64,000 nucleotides of DNA. It comes from an uncultured Acidobacteriota bacterium (GTDB lineage Bacteria > Acidobacteriota > UBA6911 > RPQK01 > JAPXNP01). Shown here piece after piece: positions 41,614-51,974 of this stretch; within the stretch, counting starts at the first letter, position 1, and every line of letters begins with the position of its first letter. Under the pieces are notes generated by a model. It saw nothing but the letters and a program-made list of their open reading frames with translations. It did no database searches and was not told the DNA's origin. Both the position numbers and the translations under genes were made by a program. The DNA lies in contig CAVZRV010000029.1 of the NCBI GenBank assembly GCA_963777605.1, forward strand, positions 32,001 to 96,000. Reading direction: 5' to 3'.

Positions 41614-44334
41614 TCATGCGCCGACCTGAAAGGATTCTCCTGCTCCGATGTCCACCGTGAGCGGGGGATCGAACTCCCGGACTCCGACAGATCCGAGTGT
41701 GAATTTGCGGATCGTGAGCCTTCCGCCGTGAACGTCCAGCCTGACCGATGACTGGTTTCCCTGTCGGCTGATTGAGCAGGTGCCCCAATCTTCACCATTG
41801 GACCAGAACCACTTCCCGGGACTCGAGGCGAAGGTCATTTCTGCACGGATTCCGTCGAACTGAAAGCCGGTCCACGCGAGAGCCGCCGCCCATGACGCCA
41901 TGGCACGGGCGTAGTGATGGCCACACTCGGCCTCGTCGAACGGGCTTCGTTTCCGCCCGTCGTAGCGGGCGCGGACGTGCCGGATGCAGTTCAACCCCTC
42001 CTCGGTCATTGCTTCGTACAACATCCCGACCGCGGCGGTGTATTCAAATCCGGTCATCACCTCCGAGAAGTAGGGGAAGGGGTTCTCGGGCCGGGATTTG
42101 GGGTAGTCGGCCATCAGAAGCCCTGCTTCATCGGCGAGGGCGAAGCTCCGCATGGCGTTGAAATGTTCGGAGAGACTGTCCCGCTGGTTGTACTTGAGGA
42201 TGCTCGCCAGGGTCCGGCGGACGTGATCCTGATCGAGAAGATATCCCAGGCCGCAGACATGCGCCATGAACTGGCCCACCAGTTGATCCACCAGGCAACC
42301 CGAAGCCAGCTGAAATTCCGGGTGGGTCGGGTCGGCAGCCCCCATGCCGACGAGTAGGCTCGGGGCGATGTCGGATCGATCCCGAGGCGGGCGAACCTGG
42401 TGCTCGTAATATTCCCCGTTGAAGAGGTTTTCATCGGTCCAGCGGCTCCCGTTGTCGAAGAGCCGGTCGCACCTCTCGGCGAACTCTTTGTCATCCATCT
42501 CTCGGGCCATTTCAGCGGTCGCCTTGAGAGCCCCCAGGTACCAGCCTTCCATCTGCGGATTGGGCCCGTAGTATTCGACGTCCATCGTGTTGTGCTGGCA
42601 TCCCTCCATGACGCCGTCCTGGTCGGCATCCCAACCCCCCGGGATCCAGCAGAACTCGAGGGCTTGTCGGACCTTGGGCCAGAGTTGCTGGAGGAAATTC
42701 CGGTTGCCCGAAAGCCGCCAGTCCCGGTACATCTTCATGATGCAGCCCATTTGGCCGTCGGCCGCGGCCTTTCCAAATTCGCGGGCCCGGTCCAGGGGGA
42801 GATGGACCCGGAAACTCATCATCCCGGCATCGTCGGTGGCGTGTCCGAACTCGACCTCACGCATGCTGCGGGCGAGGCTTCCGAACAAGAAGCCCGTGGC
42901 CTGCTCGTAGTTCCAGACATGGGTGCAGGACCCATGACAGCATCCTTTCTGGTTTCCGCAGCCCTCGAATCCAAAGAAGCGCCCATCCGGAGTTCGAAAG
43001 CTGGTCTGGGATCGGAGTGCGGTCAGGCTAAATCCGGCGGCTTCCTTGACCACGTCGGGAAGATCGGACCCGTAGAAGGAACGGGCGAACGTCTGAGTTC
43101 TCTCCCGGAGCTCAGAGGCACGGCGTGATACGTTGGCCGCCACATCCCAGGCGTCCGCAAAACGGGTCGTGTAATAGTTGCCGATCCGATCCTCCTCATT
43201 GGGGACATCGGATCTTGGTGTCCAGGTGTAGCGATTGGGAAAGTGCCAGGAGAGGAAGAAAGTCGTTGACCACGATTCTCGTGCAGGGGCGTTTCCCCTG
43301 ACGGCCAGCGATGCAATCGGCATATCTGAGCGGGCGTCTCGCGGTTCCAACATTCCGTCGGCCGAAAAGTCGTCCCAGAAATCGAGCCAGGCGTTGCCCC
43401 ACTGAATGCGGTCCCATCCGGTTCGGAAGGTTACCTCGTCCCGGGACGACGTTGCCAGTGCCATGCTTCCCCAGGCTGCGGACCGCGGGTCAACTCCTTC
43501 CGATGAGAAGAAGATCCCACGAAGTCCGTCTGCGTCGCGATACTGGTTTCGGTTGCCCTTGGCGCCGACCGGGTACTGGTCGCCTTTCCAGTCTCGCGCC
43601 AGTTCCCAGCCATCCATTCCAATGAAGTTCGGAACAGTACCGCAAATAGCGATCTCCAGTTCTCCTTCCGTTTGATTGACGACGTCAAAGGAAAGGATCG
43701 CCACGGGCAATCCCGAGTCCTCGGGGTTTCCAGGAACGAGGGGATTGAAGGCGTTGATCAGGACCCTGAAGGGCAAATCGGGATCGCTCAGGCTCACCTG
43801 TCCAAACGGGTAGGCGCTATCAAACGATGCCTGTGCAAAGCGGGGCAGGTTGTCGTTGGGAGTCGTGCTGCCGTGACTCCCTTCGAAGTCTCCCGCGCCC
43901 AGGGGGCCTTCAACGAGCCGAGTGTAGTGTGCGCCCTTGGTGTCGCGGGCGTAGATGATGAAGCAGGGATAGATATCTCCAGCGGAGGGGACAAAGCCCT
44001 TGGCCGGCCGGTTCATGATCTCCCAGTCGCGCAGGTCGCCGCGCCCACCAAGCGAAACCGTCCCGGTACCAATTCCTCCGATCGGCAGCGCGATCCGGTC
44101 CAAGTGGATGCCGTCGTAACGGCGAAAGGAAGGCCATCCGTCGATCACCCTCCATGCGGCCGCCGGCGCAGACCGGGCTGACGACGTTTCCGACCCGAGC
44201 ATTGAGGATCCCGCCGTCAGGCCAGCCAGTTTGACGAAATCGCGCCGGCCCAAGCCCCCGGATCCCGTCTCCCTGCAGCAGTCGGATCCGGGTGTAGAGC
44301 AGGTCTCGGGACCGGGATTCTTCTCTCGCTTCAT
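41614..44334 (-). CDS. Tat-exported glycoside hydrolase family 116
   Basis: GRRDFV Tat motif, PIGGIGTG, GFEG..GCCHGSCTHVWNY, HNTMD, EAECGHHYARAM. Confidence 0.9.
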   Translation of the reverse strand: MKREKNPGPETCSTPGSDCCRETGSGGLGRRDFVKLAGLTAGSSMLGSETSSARSAPAAAWRVIDGWPSFRRYDGIHLDRIALPIGGIGTGTVSLGGRGDLRDWEIMNRPAKGFVPSAGDIYPCFIIYARDTKGAHYTRLVEGPLGAGDFEGSHGSTTPNDNLPRFAQASFDSAYPFGQVSLSDPDLPFRVLINAFNPLVPGNPEDSGLPVAILSFDVVNQTEGELEIAICGTVPNFIGMDGWELARDWKGDQYPVGAKGNRNQYRDADGLRGIFFSSEGVDPRSAAWGSMALATSSRDEVTFRTGWDRIQWGNAWLDFWDDFSADGMLEPRDARSDMPIASLAVRGNAPARESWSTTFFLSWHFPNRYTWTPRSDVPNEEDRIGNYYTTRFADAWDVAANVSRRASELRERTQTFARSFYGSDLPDVVKEAAGFSLTALRSQTSFRTPDGRFFGFEGCGNQKGCCHGSCTHVWNYEQATGFLFGSLARSMREVEFGHATDDAGMMSFRVHLPLDRAREFGKAAADGQMGCIMKMYRDWRLSGNRNFLQQLWPKVRQALEFCWIPGGWDADQDGVMEGCQHNTMDVEYYGPNPQMEGWYLGALKATAEMAREMDDKEFAERCDRLFDNGSRWTDENLFNGEYYEHQVRPPRDRSDIAPSLLVGMGAADPTHPEFQLASGCLVDQLVGQFMAHVCGLGYLLDQDHVRRTLASILKYNQRDSLSEHFNAMRSFALADEAGLLMADYPKSRPENPFPYFSEVMTGFEYTAAVGMLYEAMTEEGLNCIRHVRARYDGRKRSPFDEAECGHHYARAMASWAAALAWTGFQFDGIRAEMTFASSPGKWFWSNGEDWGTCSISRQGNQSSVRLDVHGGRLTIRKFTLGSVGVREFDPPLTVDIGAGESFQVGA

Positions 44335-44578
44335 CGATGCCTCCTGAAAGGCATTGTATCCCCGGCAGGGATGCCTGGAGAAAGGTGTGGGACGTAGTCC
44401 AATCTGCCAGCCTGTTGGGTCAAACGGGCCGGCGGCCCGCTCAGGTTTGACGGTACCCGTGGGCGCCGGGCAAAGCTGCCGGCGGACATTCCAGGCAAGG
44501 CTGGCTGGAGTATCACGGAAACCAGTTCAACCTGCACGTCTCGGCCAGTAGACAAGCAGGGATTCTTTTTCTACCCCC

Positions 44579-44788
44579 TCAGGGATTCCGATGCATCATC
44601 GAGGACACGCTGGCGACGGCGAAAAGTACCACCGAGACCGCGGTAATCGTTCCCATCACGCAGTGAGCCAGGAATCCGTCATTTGGGCCATGCATGCTGC
44701 AGACGGCGGCCCATCCAAGTGCAAGCAGTGCCGCGAGGCTTGCTACTCCCATCAACACTGCCATCCGATTCGAGTCGTGACTTGCCAT
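44579..44788 (-). CDS. small two-TM hypothetical membrane protein
   Basis: 69 aa with two hydrophobic helices; GGAGGG RBS. Confidence 0.55.
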   Translation of the reverse strand: MASHDSNRMAVLMGVASLAALLALGWAAVCSMHGPNDGFLAHCVMGTITAVSVVLFAVASVSSMMHRNP

Positions 44789-45212
44789 TAGTTCCCCTCC
44801 ACTGATGCCTGAGCGCCTTGCAGCACGCACATCAATGGCGCACGGCAGACGCCTACCTATGTTGAGGAAGCGAGGTCGGGCAGGAACTCGAGGCGCCGTT
44901 CAGTGCTCACTGGAGGACGAGCCGAAGAGTCGGAACTTTCGCTTCAAATCGAGTTTCGCGTTCAATATTGAACTGTCGCGAGACTTCCCCTGAGTGCCCA
45001 TCAGTTTCGGCGAAGTGGCTAAGAATGTCAAGATGGAACTATTTCATTTTGTCAACGAAAGACCCAGATTCAAACTGACCCGAGTCCCGCCCCGCGGGAC
45101 GATATGAAACCCTGGCAGGATCGACGATTATTGATTGGTGATCTTTCCCTGAAAAATACCTCGCTCAAGATTGAAATCGAATAACATCCCTACCCGAGAC
45201 CCAGTCTTCCGC

Positions 45213-47171
45213 TCAGAATTGGAATTCGAGCCCCCCGCGGAGGCGCCTTCCCGGGGAGGGAAAACCGGCGATTTCCTGATATTCTCGGTTGAACAAATTC
45301 TCCGCCCGAAAGACAGCTGAAAGCACGCGGCGGCCATCTTCGACTCGCAGCAGGGGGACGGATCCGAAACAGTCGGCCCGTAAATATCCCGGAAGCGTGA
45401 CCCGCGTACTCGTGTAGTCGGGCAGGAAGATACGGTCATCGCGGGCTCCTTTGTAGAGGAGATCCAGGCGGAGATGCAGGCGGGACTGGTCGAACTCTCC
45501 GAAGACTCCCGCCAGGTGGCGCGGTCTCCGAAGCAGGGGGCGGCCCTTTTCAAAATTGCCTGAGGGGACAGAGCCGGCGTTGGTGACTTTCGTGGCAGTA
45601 AACGTGTACCAACTGCCGAAGGTCACGAATGTACCTGTCCTCCAGGTTCCCTGGAACTCGAGGCCCCGGCTGTTGGCGGCTTCCACGTTGAGATAGTTTG
45701 GAGAACCGGGAGCCGTGGCGAACGTGAATTCGATCAGGTCCCGGAACCGGTTAGAAAAGGCCGTCGTGGAGAGTTGCAGGCCGGATCCGCTGAGAGTGAG
45801 GTCCACTCCGGCTTCCACCGCGGTGTTCTTCTCCGGCCGCAAGTTGGGGTTTCCTGCAATTCCATATTCGGGGAACCCGACGATTTCCGCGAATGAAGGC
45901 GCCCTGAAGCCATTTCCCACGCTTCCCCGAACGCGCAGAGTATCGTTCACCAGGTAGGAGGCGTCGAACTGGCCGGTCACGAAGTCCGAAAAGCGGTTGT
46001 TGTCTTCACGGCGGACTCCGCCGGTGAGGAACAACCGGTCACCGATCGAGACCTGGTCCTGGACATACAGCCCGAAGCTTCGGCGAGTCGAGTGGATGTC
46101 GTGGGAAGTCTCTTCTTTCCAGGATGCCCCGGTTGCCACCAGGTGGCCCGGGATCAGTCTCATCGTATTTTGCCAGTCGACGTAGTGTCGGTTCTCGTCA
46201 CTCTCGAAAATGGAATCGTAGAAATCGGTCACTCCGTCGTAGAGGGTGTAGTTGCTGGAGTGATGGCTGAAATAGCCGTACTGGATCCGGGAATCGTAAT
46301 TGGCGGAGAATTTCCGCTGAATGTGCACCGAGTATGTCTGCTCGGCAACGTCCCGGTAGTCGTTTGGATCGACGATCGCTCCGGCATCGTCGGTCGGAAC
46401 GTGTTGCGTCCCGGTATTGTAGCGGAGAGACCCCCCCAGAGTCGTCCCCGGCGAAAGCTCGATGTCGTTGCGCGCCGACAGGTCGCTTCGGCGATACCCG
46501 CTGTTGAAGTTGAAGATGCCGTCGGTCTGCGTGCTCAAGGCTCCCAGGGAATAACGGATTCGATCGGATCCTCCGTCAACCTGGGCCAGGTAGTCCTGGC
46601 TTCCCCTGCTGCCTCCGAGGGCACTGGCCCGTCCACCGGGAGAACCGGCCCTCCGTCCCGAGCGGGTGATGATGTGGATGGTCGATGAAACCGCCTCGGT
46701 TCCGTAGAGTACCGACGAGGGACCCCGGACAATCTCGATGCGTTCGATATTGGCGGTCGATAGGTTGGCGAGGTCGAACTCGCCCCCGGGCCGGTTGACC
46801 TGGACACCGTCGATCAGGACCAGGTTGAAATCACTCTCACCGCCCCGCACGAAAACTGATGTCGCCCCGCCGTAGGAGCCGGACCGCGCAACACTGAAAC
46901 CAGGGACCGTTTCGAGAACTTCAGCGACCGTGACGGCGCCGGACTCTTCGATCTCCTTGCTATTGACAATCGTTACCGAACGACCCAGTTCTCCGACCTG
47001 GGTGGGGGTTCTCGTCGCGGTGACGGTGACTTCTTCGTGCGGCCCCTTGCTCTTCTCAATTTTGGAAGGAGGCTGGGGATTCGGTTTCTTGGATTGGTGC
47101 TCATTGGCACCGAACAGGGTTGGAGGGAGACACACCAATGCCAAGCCCAGAAGAAAATGGGAAATGTTCAC
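45213..47171 (-). CDS. TonB-dependent receptor, BtuB-like (cobalamin)
   Basis: GTG start with AGGAGG RBS, EEVTVTATR TonB-box-like, IERIEIVRGPSSVLYG, ENLFNREY, terminal F; riboswitch upstream. Confidence 0.9.
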   Translation of the reverse strand: MNISHFLLGLALVCLPPTLFGANEHQSKKPNPQPPSKIEKSKGPHEEVTVTATRTPTQVGELGRSVTIVNSKEIEESGAVTVAEVLETVPGFSVARSGSYGGATSVFVRGGESDFNLVLIDGVQVNRPGGEFDLANLSTANIERIEIVRGPSSVLYGTEAVSSTIHIITRSGRRAGSPGGRASALGGSRGSQDYLAQVDGGSDRIRYSLGALSTQTDGIFNFNSGYRRSDLSARNDIELSPGTTLGGSLRYNTGTQHVPTDDAGAIVDPNDYRDVAEQTYSVHIQRKFSANYDSRIQYGYFSHHSSNYTLYDGVTDFYDSIFESDENRHYVDWQNTMRLIPGHLVATGASWKEETSHDIHSTRRSFGLYVQDQVSIGDRLFLTGGVRREDNNRFSDFVTGQFDASYLVNDTLRVRGSVGNGFRAPSFAEIVGFPEYGIAGNPNLRPEKNTAVEAGVDLTLSGSGLQLSTTAFSNRFRDLIEFTFATAPGSPNYLNVEAANSRGLEFQGTWRTGTFVTFGSWYTFTATKVTNAGSVPSGNFEKGRPLLRRPRHLAGVFGEFDQSRLHLRLDLLYKGARDDRIFLPDYTSTRVTLPGYLRADCFGSVPLLRVEDGRRVLSAVFRAENLFNREYQEIAGFPSPGRRLRGGLEFQF

Positions 47172-47214
47172 GAATTTCCTCCTGCTTTCCCTTCGAAAGC
47201 ATTTGAGGTACGGA

Positions 47215-47370
47215 TGGCCCGGTCTCCTGGCTTGCGGGTACCTACTTGCCACGCCTTCCCGTCCACCAGCAGGGACAGTGGCTTCATGCGGCTTTCGCGT
47301 CCGCTCACAGTTGCGAGGGCAGCGCCGGATTCGCACCGGACTTCCCGTTCGACCAACCGCCTCGATTGGC
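47215..47370 (-). ncRNA. cobalamin riboswitch
   Basis: minus strand GGGAAGTCCGGTGCGAATCCGGCGCTGCCCTCGCAACTGTGA...GCCACTG...GGGAAGGCG...AGCCAGGAGACC (B12 box). Confidence 0.93.
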
Positions 47371-47388
47371 AATTGCTGGAACAGCGAA

Positions 47389-47437
47389 CAGAATTCGAAA
47401 ATCAGAATACAGAATTCAGAAGACAGAATACAGGACA
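47389..47437. repeat. heptamer tandem repeat (CAGAATW-like x7)
   Basis: CAGAATT CGAAAAT CAGAATA CAGAATT CAGAAGA CAGAATA CAGGACA. Confidence 0.75.
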
Positions 47438-47563
47438 CCGGCGACGGGAGATAGAATGTCGTTTACAGAGGCACCCGCAGGAATCCCTGCCTGGGGGCAG
47501 CAATTCTGAAAAAAGGACTCAAGCGCTGTGCCTACTCGCGGGGCAATCTCTCCGGTCTCCTGC

Positions 47564-49147
47564 CTATCCCCGGCCTTCTGCCTCGACCCGTTGAATGATT
47601 CCCCGAATCTTGGGGGTCATGAGAGCAATGGCGAGACCGGCCAGAACAGCGGCGGCGAAGTTGGTTCCGAAAATTCCCATAATCGGAATGTCTTCCCAGA
47701 ACCCGGCGAGGACTCCGGCCAGCTTGTTGCCAATCGAAGTCGCAAGAAACCAGCCTCCCATCATGAGGCCGGTCACGCGAGCAGGAGCGAGCTTGGACAC
47801 AAGCGCAAGTCCCATTGGACTCAAACAGAGTTCTCCCACTGTGATCACTCCATAAGTTCCCACCAACCAGAGCGGGGAGACTTTGGCCGCTCCACCATGT
47901 GAGACTGCTACCGCACCGATCATAAACAGTGTGGAAATAGCGGTGATCACCATCCCCCAGGCAATCTTGGCCGGGGTGGACGGTTCCAGATTCCTTTTCC
48001 TGAGGTAACTCCAGAGTCCCACGAGCAGCGGAGTCAGTATCACAATGAAGCCCGGGTTGATCGACTGAAAGAGTTCCGTCGAAATCAGGGTGACCCGTTT
48101 CCCTGCCGGTGGCCGATCTTCGGGAGGGACATTGTGCCAATAGGCTCCCTGGGCACCGGGGTCAGTTATGGTTTTCCCGATGGTTGCGTCCTGGTCGAGG
48201 TAGAGAGTACGCAGAGCCGGGGCCAGCACACCGGCCTCGCGCTGCGTGTTTTCTTCGGCCCAGTACGTCAACGTTGAGCCGTTCTGGTGGAAGATCATCC
48301 AGAAAATGATGACCACACTGAAAATTGCCAGCAGGGCGCCAATGCGTCCCTTCTCTCCCGGAGGTGCCTGGTACCAGAGCATGACGTAGAACAGGACGAT
48401 AGGAATTGAGGCCGCGACAAAGGCTCCTGTGGTCGCTCCACGAAAGAGCCCTCCGAGGAAGATGTAACCCAGGGTTCCGGTGGCAAGTGCGGGCAGGATG
48501 GCCTGGTATAGGAGTTTTTTGAGGATCCCCGGTTCGACTGCCGATCCATCCCCCCGGTCTGGGGCATCAGCCAATTGTCTCTGGTTGGAAGCGAATATCA
48601 GGACCCCAACGAGCATCCCGATTCCCGCCGCAAGGAAAGCCCAGCCCCAGCCGAAACGATTTCGCAACAGCGCCGCGACGAAGTTGCATGTGAATGCCCC
48701 GATATTGATCCCCATGTAGAAGATGTTGTACCCGGTGTCCTTCAGCGGACTTCCGCTCGGGTAGAGGCGCCCAACGATGGTGGAGATGTTGGGCTTGAAA
48801 AAGCCATTACCGAGGATGATAAGGGCCAGCCCCGAATAGAAGGCGGTGAGGCCGGAGAAGGCGAGCGTCATATAGCCGGCGGCCATCAGCAGACCGCCGG
48901 TGATCACCGATTTCCGGTACCCCAGGAGACGGTCTGCCATGATGCCACCCAGAAACGGCGTCAGGTAGACCAGGGCAATGAACGTTCCGTAGACGTCGGC
49001 TGCCCTTTCTCTCGGGAAAGCCAGCCCTCCTGTCATTGAGTCCATCATGTACAGGGAGAGGATTCCGATCATGAGGTAGTAGCCGAAGCGTTCCCACATT
49101 TCCGTGAAAAAGAGCACTTTGAGTCCTCGGGGATGTCCTTCGAACAC
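47564..49147 (-). CDS. POT/PTR family proton-coupled peptide MFS transporter
   Basis: GTG start with GGAGG RBS; GHPRGL..FFTEMWERFGYY, GNGFFKPNIS, FYMGINIGA, GELCLSPMGL. Confidence 0.93.
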   Translation of the reverse strand: MFEGHPRGLKVLFFTEMWERFGYYLMIGILSLYMMDSMTGGLAFPRERAADVYGTFIALVYLTPFLGGIMADRLLGYRKSVITGGLLMAAGYMTLAFSGLTAFYSGLALIILGNGFFKPNISTIVGRLYPSGSPLKDTGYNIFYMGINIGAFTCNFVAALLRNRFGWGWAFLAAGIGMLVGVLIFASNQRQLADAPDRGDGSAVEPGILKKLLYQAILPALATGTLGYIFLGGLFRGATTGAFVAASIPIVLFYVMLWYQAPPGEKGRIGALLAIFSVVIIFWMIFHQNGSTLTYWAEENTQREAGVLAPALRTLYLDQDATIGKTITDPGAQGAYWHNVPPEDRPPAGKRVTLISTELFQSINPGFIVILTPLLVGLWSYLRKRNLEPSTPAKIAWGMVITAISTLFMIGAVAVSHGGAAKVSPLWLVGTYGVITVGELCLSPMGLALVSKLAPARVTGLMMGGWFLATSIGNKLAGVLAGFWEDIPIMGIFGTNFAAAVLAGLAIALMTPKIRGIIQRVEAEGRG

Positions 49148-49408
49148 GATTACCTCCCGGTTGAAGTGACCACGATTCCAGGTTCGGCGCGTTGTGCGTC
49201 CCCATAAGATAGCCGATTGCCGAAGCCGAAGGGCAAATCCGAGGTTCATGGGGAACCCCGATTCACCGGTCGATCTCCACGTTGTGGACTGGTGCGTCTT
49301 GACCGGCCGGGAGGGGCTGGTTAGACTGGCGACAGAGAGTTCCACTGCCGTTCTCAGGCTGTGGAAACTGAGTTTCCTGGCAACTGGTTCGAGGGTCAAG
49401 GGGGCGTA

Positions 49409-50663
49409 ATGTCTACTCATCACGATTGCGATGTCCTGGTTGCGGGTGGCGGGCCTGTGGGCCTGTTCTCCGCGTTGATGTTGGCCAGAAATGGGGTCAA
49501 CGTGATCCTCCTCGAGGAGCAGTGGCGGGCTGCGACCCGAAGCTACGCTTTGGGGCTCCATCCCGAGTCTCTTCGGATCCTCGGCCGCATCGATCTTTCG
49601 GCAGACCTCCTTGGAAAAGGTACTTCGGTCGAGCACTTCGGTCTCTACGGCGAAGGGCACAAGCAGGCGGAGATCCTGCTTTCGAAACTCCCCGGCGATT
49701 TTCCGAACGTGCTGGTCCTGCCCCAACATCTTCTCGAGCACGTCCTGATTGAAGCTCTCGAGAAGGCCGGGGGCCGGCTTCTGTGGAATCATCGACTGGC
49801 GGGATTCGATGAGAATCCGGACGGTGTGGTGGGGAGGGTGGAACGGCTGACTAAGGAGTCCAGCGGTTACTCGGTCACGCACACCGAGTGGGTGACCGAC
49901 AAGACTTTTGAAGTGAAGGCCGCATTCCTGATCGGGGCGGACGGTCACCGCTCGCTTGTCCGACGGACCCTGGATATCGGCTTCCCCACTTCAGGCAATT
50001 CGAACACCTTTGCCGTCTTTGAGTTCTCCACCGTTAGCCCGGTGCAAAGCGAACTCGGGATCGTCCTCGAGAAGAACAGTACCAACGTTCTCTGGCCGCT
50101 CCCTGATGGGCGCTTTCGCTGGAGCTTCGAACTGCCCGATTTCGACGAGCGCCCCGATCCCCGGGTCAAAAGCCGACTCTTCGTCCAGGTCCGGGATGAA
50201 TCTTACCCGCACGTAACCGAGGACAAGCTGGCCGAGTTGATCTCCGACCGCGCTCCCTGGTGGCCGCACAGAGTTGTCGAGGTCTTCTGGTCGGCGGCAG
50301 TCCGATTTGAACGGCGGCTGGCCCGGACGGTTCGGGCGGGGACGAGTCTGGCTGGCCGGCGATGCCGCGCACTTGGCGTTGCCGATCGGGATTCAGAGTA
50401 TGAATATCGGCTTCCGGGAAGCTTCTGATCTGACCTCCCGGCTCACCGATGTCGTGAAGGGAAAGAGCCCCGTCGAGAGTGTCCAAGGGTACGACGATAC
50501 CTGGCGGAAGGCGTGGGCGGACCTGCTCCGAATGTCGGATCAGCCGGTCATCGCCGCGAACGCCAGCCCGTGGGTGCGGGAACGCGCCGCCCAGATCCCG
50601 CCCTGTATTCCGGCCTCGGGGGACGACCTGAAGGCGCTCCTGAACCAGGTGGGACTCGGCTGA
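49409..50663 (+). CDS. FAD-dependent monooxygenase (frameshift near 50325)
   Basis: GGGPVGL, IGADGHRSLVR; second frame GRVWLAGDAAH..GIQSMNIG. Confidence 0.85.
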
Positions 50664-50742
50664 GCCGTTTTCTGCTTGCGGAATTCCGCATTACAACAAG
50701 ACGGATGTCGGCGACACTCCGAATCGAAGCAGCCGGCGAGGC

Positions 50743-51954
50743 TCACATGTTCTCGAACGACAGGGACTCTGCCAGCCGGGGATCTTTTGTTGGGATCAGC
50801 GCCGGCCCAATGGCCAGCCGGATGAATACCGCCACAAAAAGTCCTCCCACTCCTATGAAGAGCACCGGGTCGAGCAGATGGGGCAGGAATCCCTCCGTCT
50901 GAAAGCCTGGCATGACCAGCCAGTACAGGTCCACGTAGTGCATGAACAGGAGCCAGATTGCCGTTCCCGCGAGGATCTTGCGATTTCGCTTGGCGCCCCT
51001 CGAGATGATGACGAAGAAGGGGATGACGAAATGTCCCGCAGCGAGCAGGATCGAGACGTACTGCCAGCCGTGCTCCCATCGCTTTCCGAACCAGATGGTT
51101 TCTTCCGGAATGTTGGCATACCAGATCAGCATGAACTGGGAAAAGGCGATGTAGGCCCAAAAGACGACGAACCCGAACAGGAGCTTGCCCAGGTCGTGAA
51201 AGTGCTCTTCGTTGACGATGTTGGTGAGGAGGCCGCGGTTTTGGAATGTCATGAGGACCAGTATCAGGAACGACAGCGCCGCAACGAAGGCCCCTGCAAA
51301 CACGTAGACCCCGAAAATGGTGGAGTACCAGTGGGGATCCAGTGACATGATCCAGTCAAAGGAGGCGAAGGTGACCGTGATGGCGTACCAGAGAATTGCC
51401 GGAGCGCAGACGTTCTGAAGGACCCGCGTGGTTCGGGGGGAACCGTCGAGGTCCTGCTGCATGGAGCGCTTCCGGATCCACAGTGCGAGGGCCGACCAGC
51501 TGACCAGGTAGATCAACGTCCGGATCAGGAAGAACGGGACGTTCAGGTAGCCGGCTTTTCCCTGCAGGACGGGGTCCTGGGCGACATGTTCCGCGTGGGC
51601 CCACGGGTAGAGGTCGTGAAGGCCCGCCAAGATGGGAATAAACAACACTGCGAAAAGTGGAATCGTGGCTGCCAGGTTCTCGGCCTGACGGCGGACCGCC
51701 ACGCTCCAGCCGGCGCGGGTAACAAACTGGATCAGGACGAAGATCAGTCCTCCCAGGGCCAGGGTGATAAAGAACAGAAACGCGGTCAGATAGGAATAGA
51801 AGAACTGCTGCATGTTCCCCATGCCCAGGAAGGCTCCCAGGGCCAGGGCGACAATTCCGACCGCCGCCGAAATCCAGGCTGTTCTGCCCAGCGGGTCATC
51901 CGCCGAAACCGTTATCTCATGAGAAGGAATGGAAATCTGTCTATCTACTGCCAC
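50743..51954 (-). CDS. actF: alternative complex III subunit ActF
   Basis: polytopic; FDWIMSLDPHWYSTIFG, HDLGKLLFGF, QFMLIWYANIPEE. Confidence 0.9.
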   Translation of the reverse strand: MAVDRQISIPSHEITVSADDPLGRTAWISAAVGIVALALGAFLGMGNMQQFFYSYLTAFLFFITLALGGLIFVLIQFVTRAGWSVAVRRQAENLAATIPLFAVLFIPILAGLHDLYPWAHAEHVAQDPVLQGKAGYLNVPFFLIRTLIYLVSWSALALWIRKRSMQQDLDGSPRTTRVLQNVCAPAILWYAITVTFASFDWIMSLDPHWYSTIFGVYVFAGAFVAALSFLILVLMTFQNRGLLTNIVNEEHFHDLGKLLFGFVVFWAYIAFSQFMLIWYANIPEETIWFGKRWEHGWQYVSILLAAGHFVIPFFVIISRGAKRNRKILAGTAIWLLFMHYVDLYWLVMPGFQTEGFLPHLLDPVLFIGVGGLFVAVFIRLAIGPALIPTKDPRLAESLSFENM

Positions 51955-51974
51955 GATTCAAACCTTTCCTGGTT

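Noticed and set aside
47172-47438. N-terminal extension of the TonB receptor ORF
   Set aside because: It runs through the riboswitch and heptamer repeat; GTG 47171 has a strong RBS and a signal peptide.
49148-49948. Apparent 267-aa N-terminal fusion on the POT transporter
   Set aside because: Mostly antisense to the monooxygenase; the family start FEGHPRGL has its own RBS at 49147.
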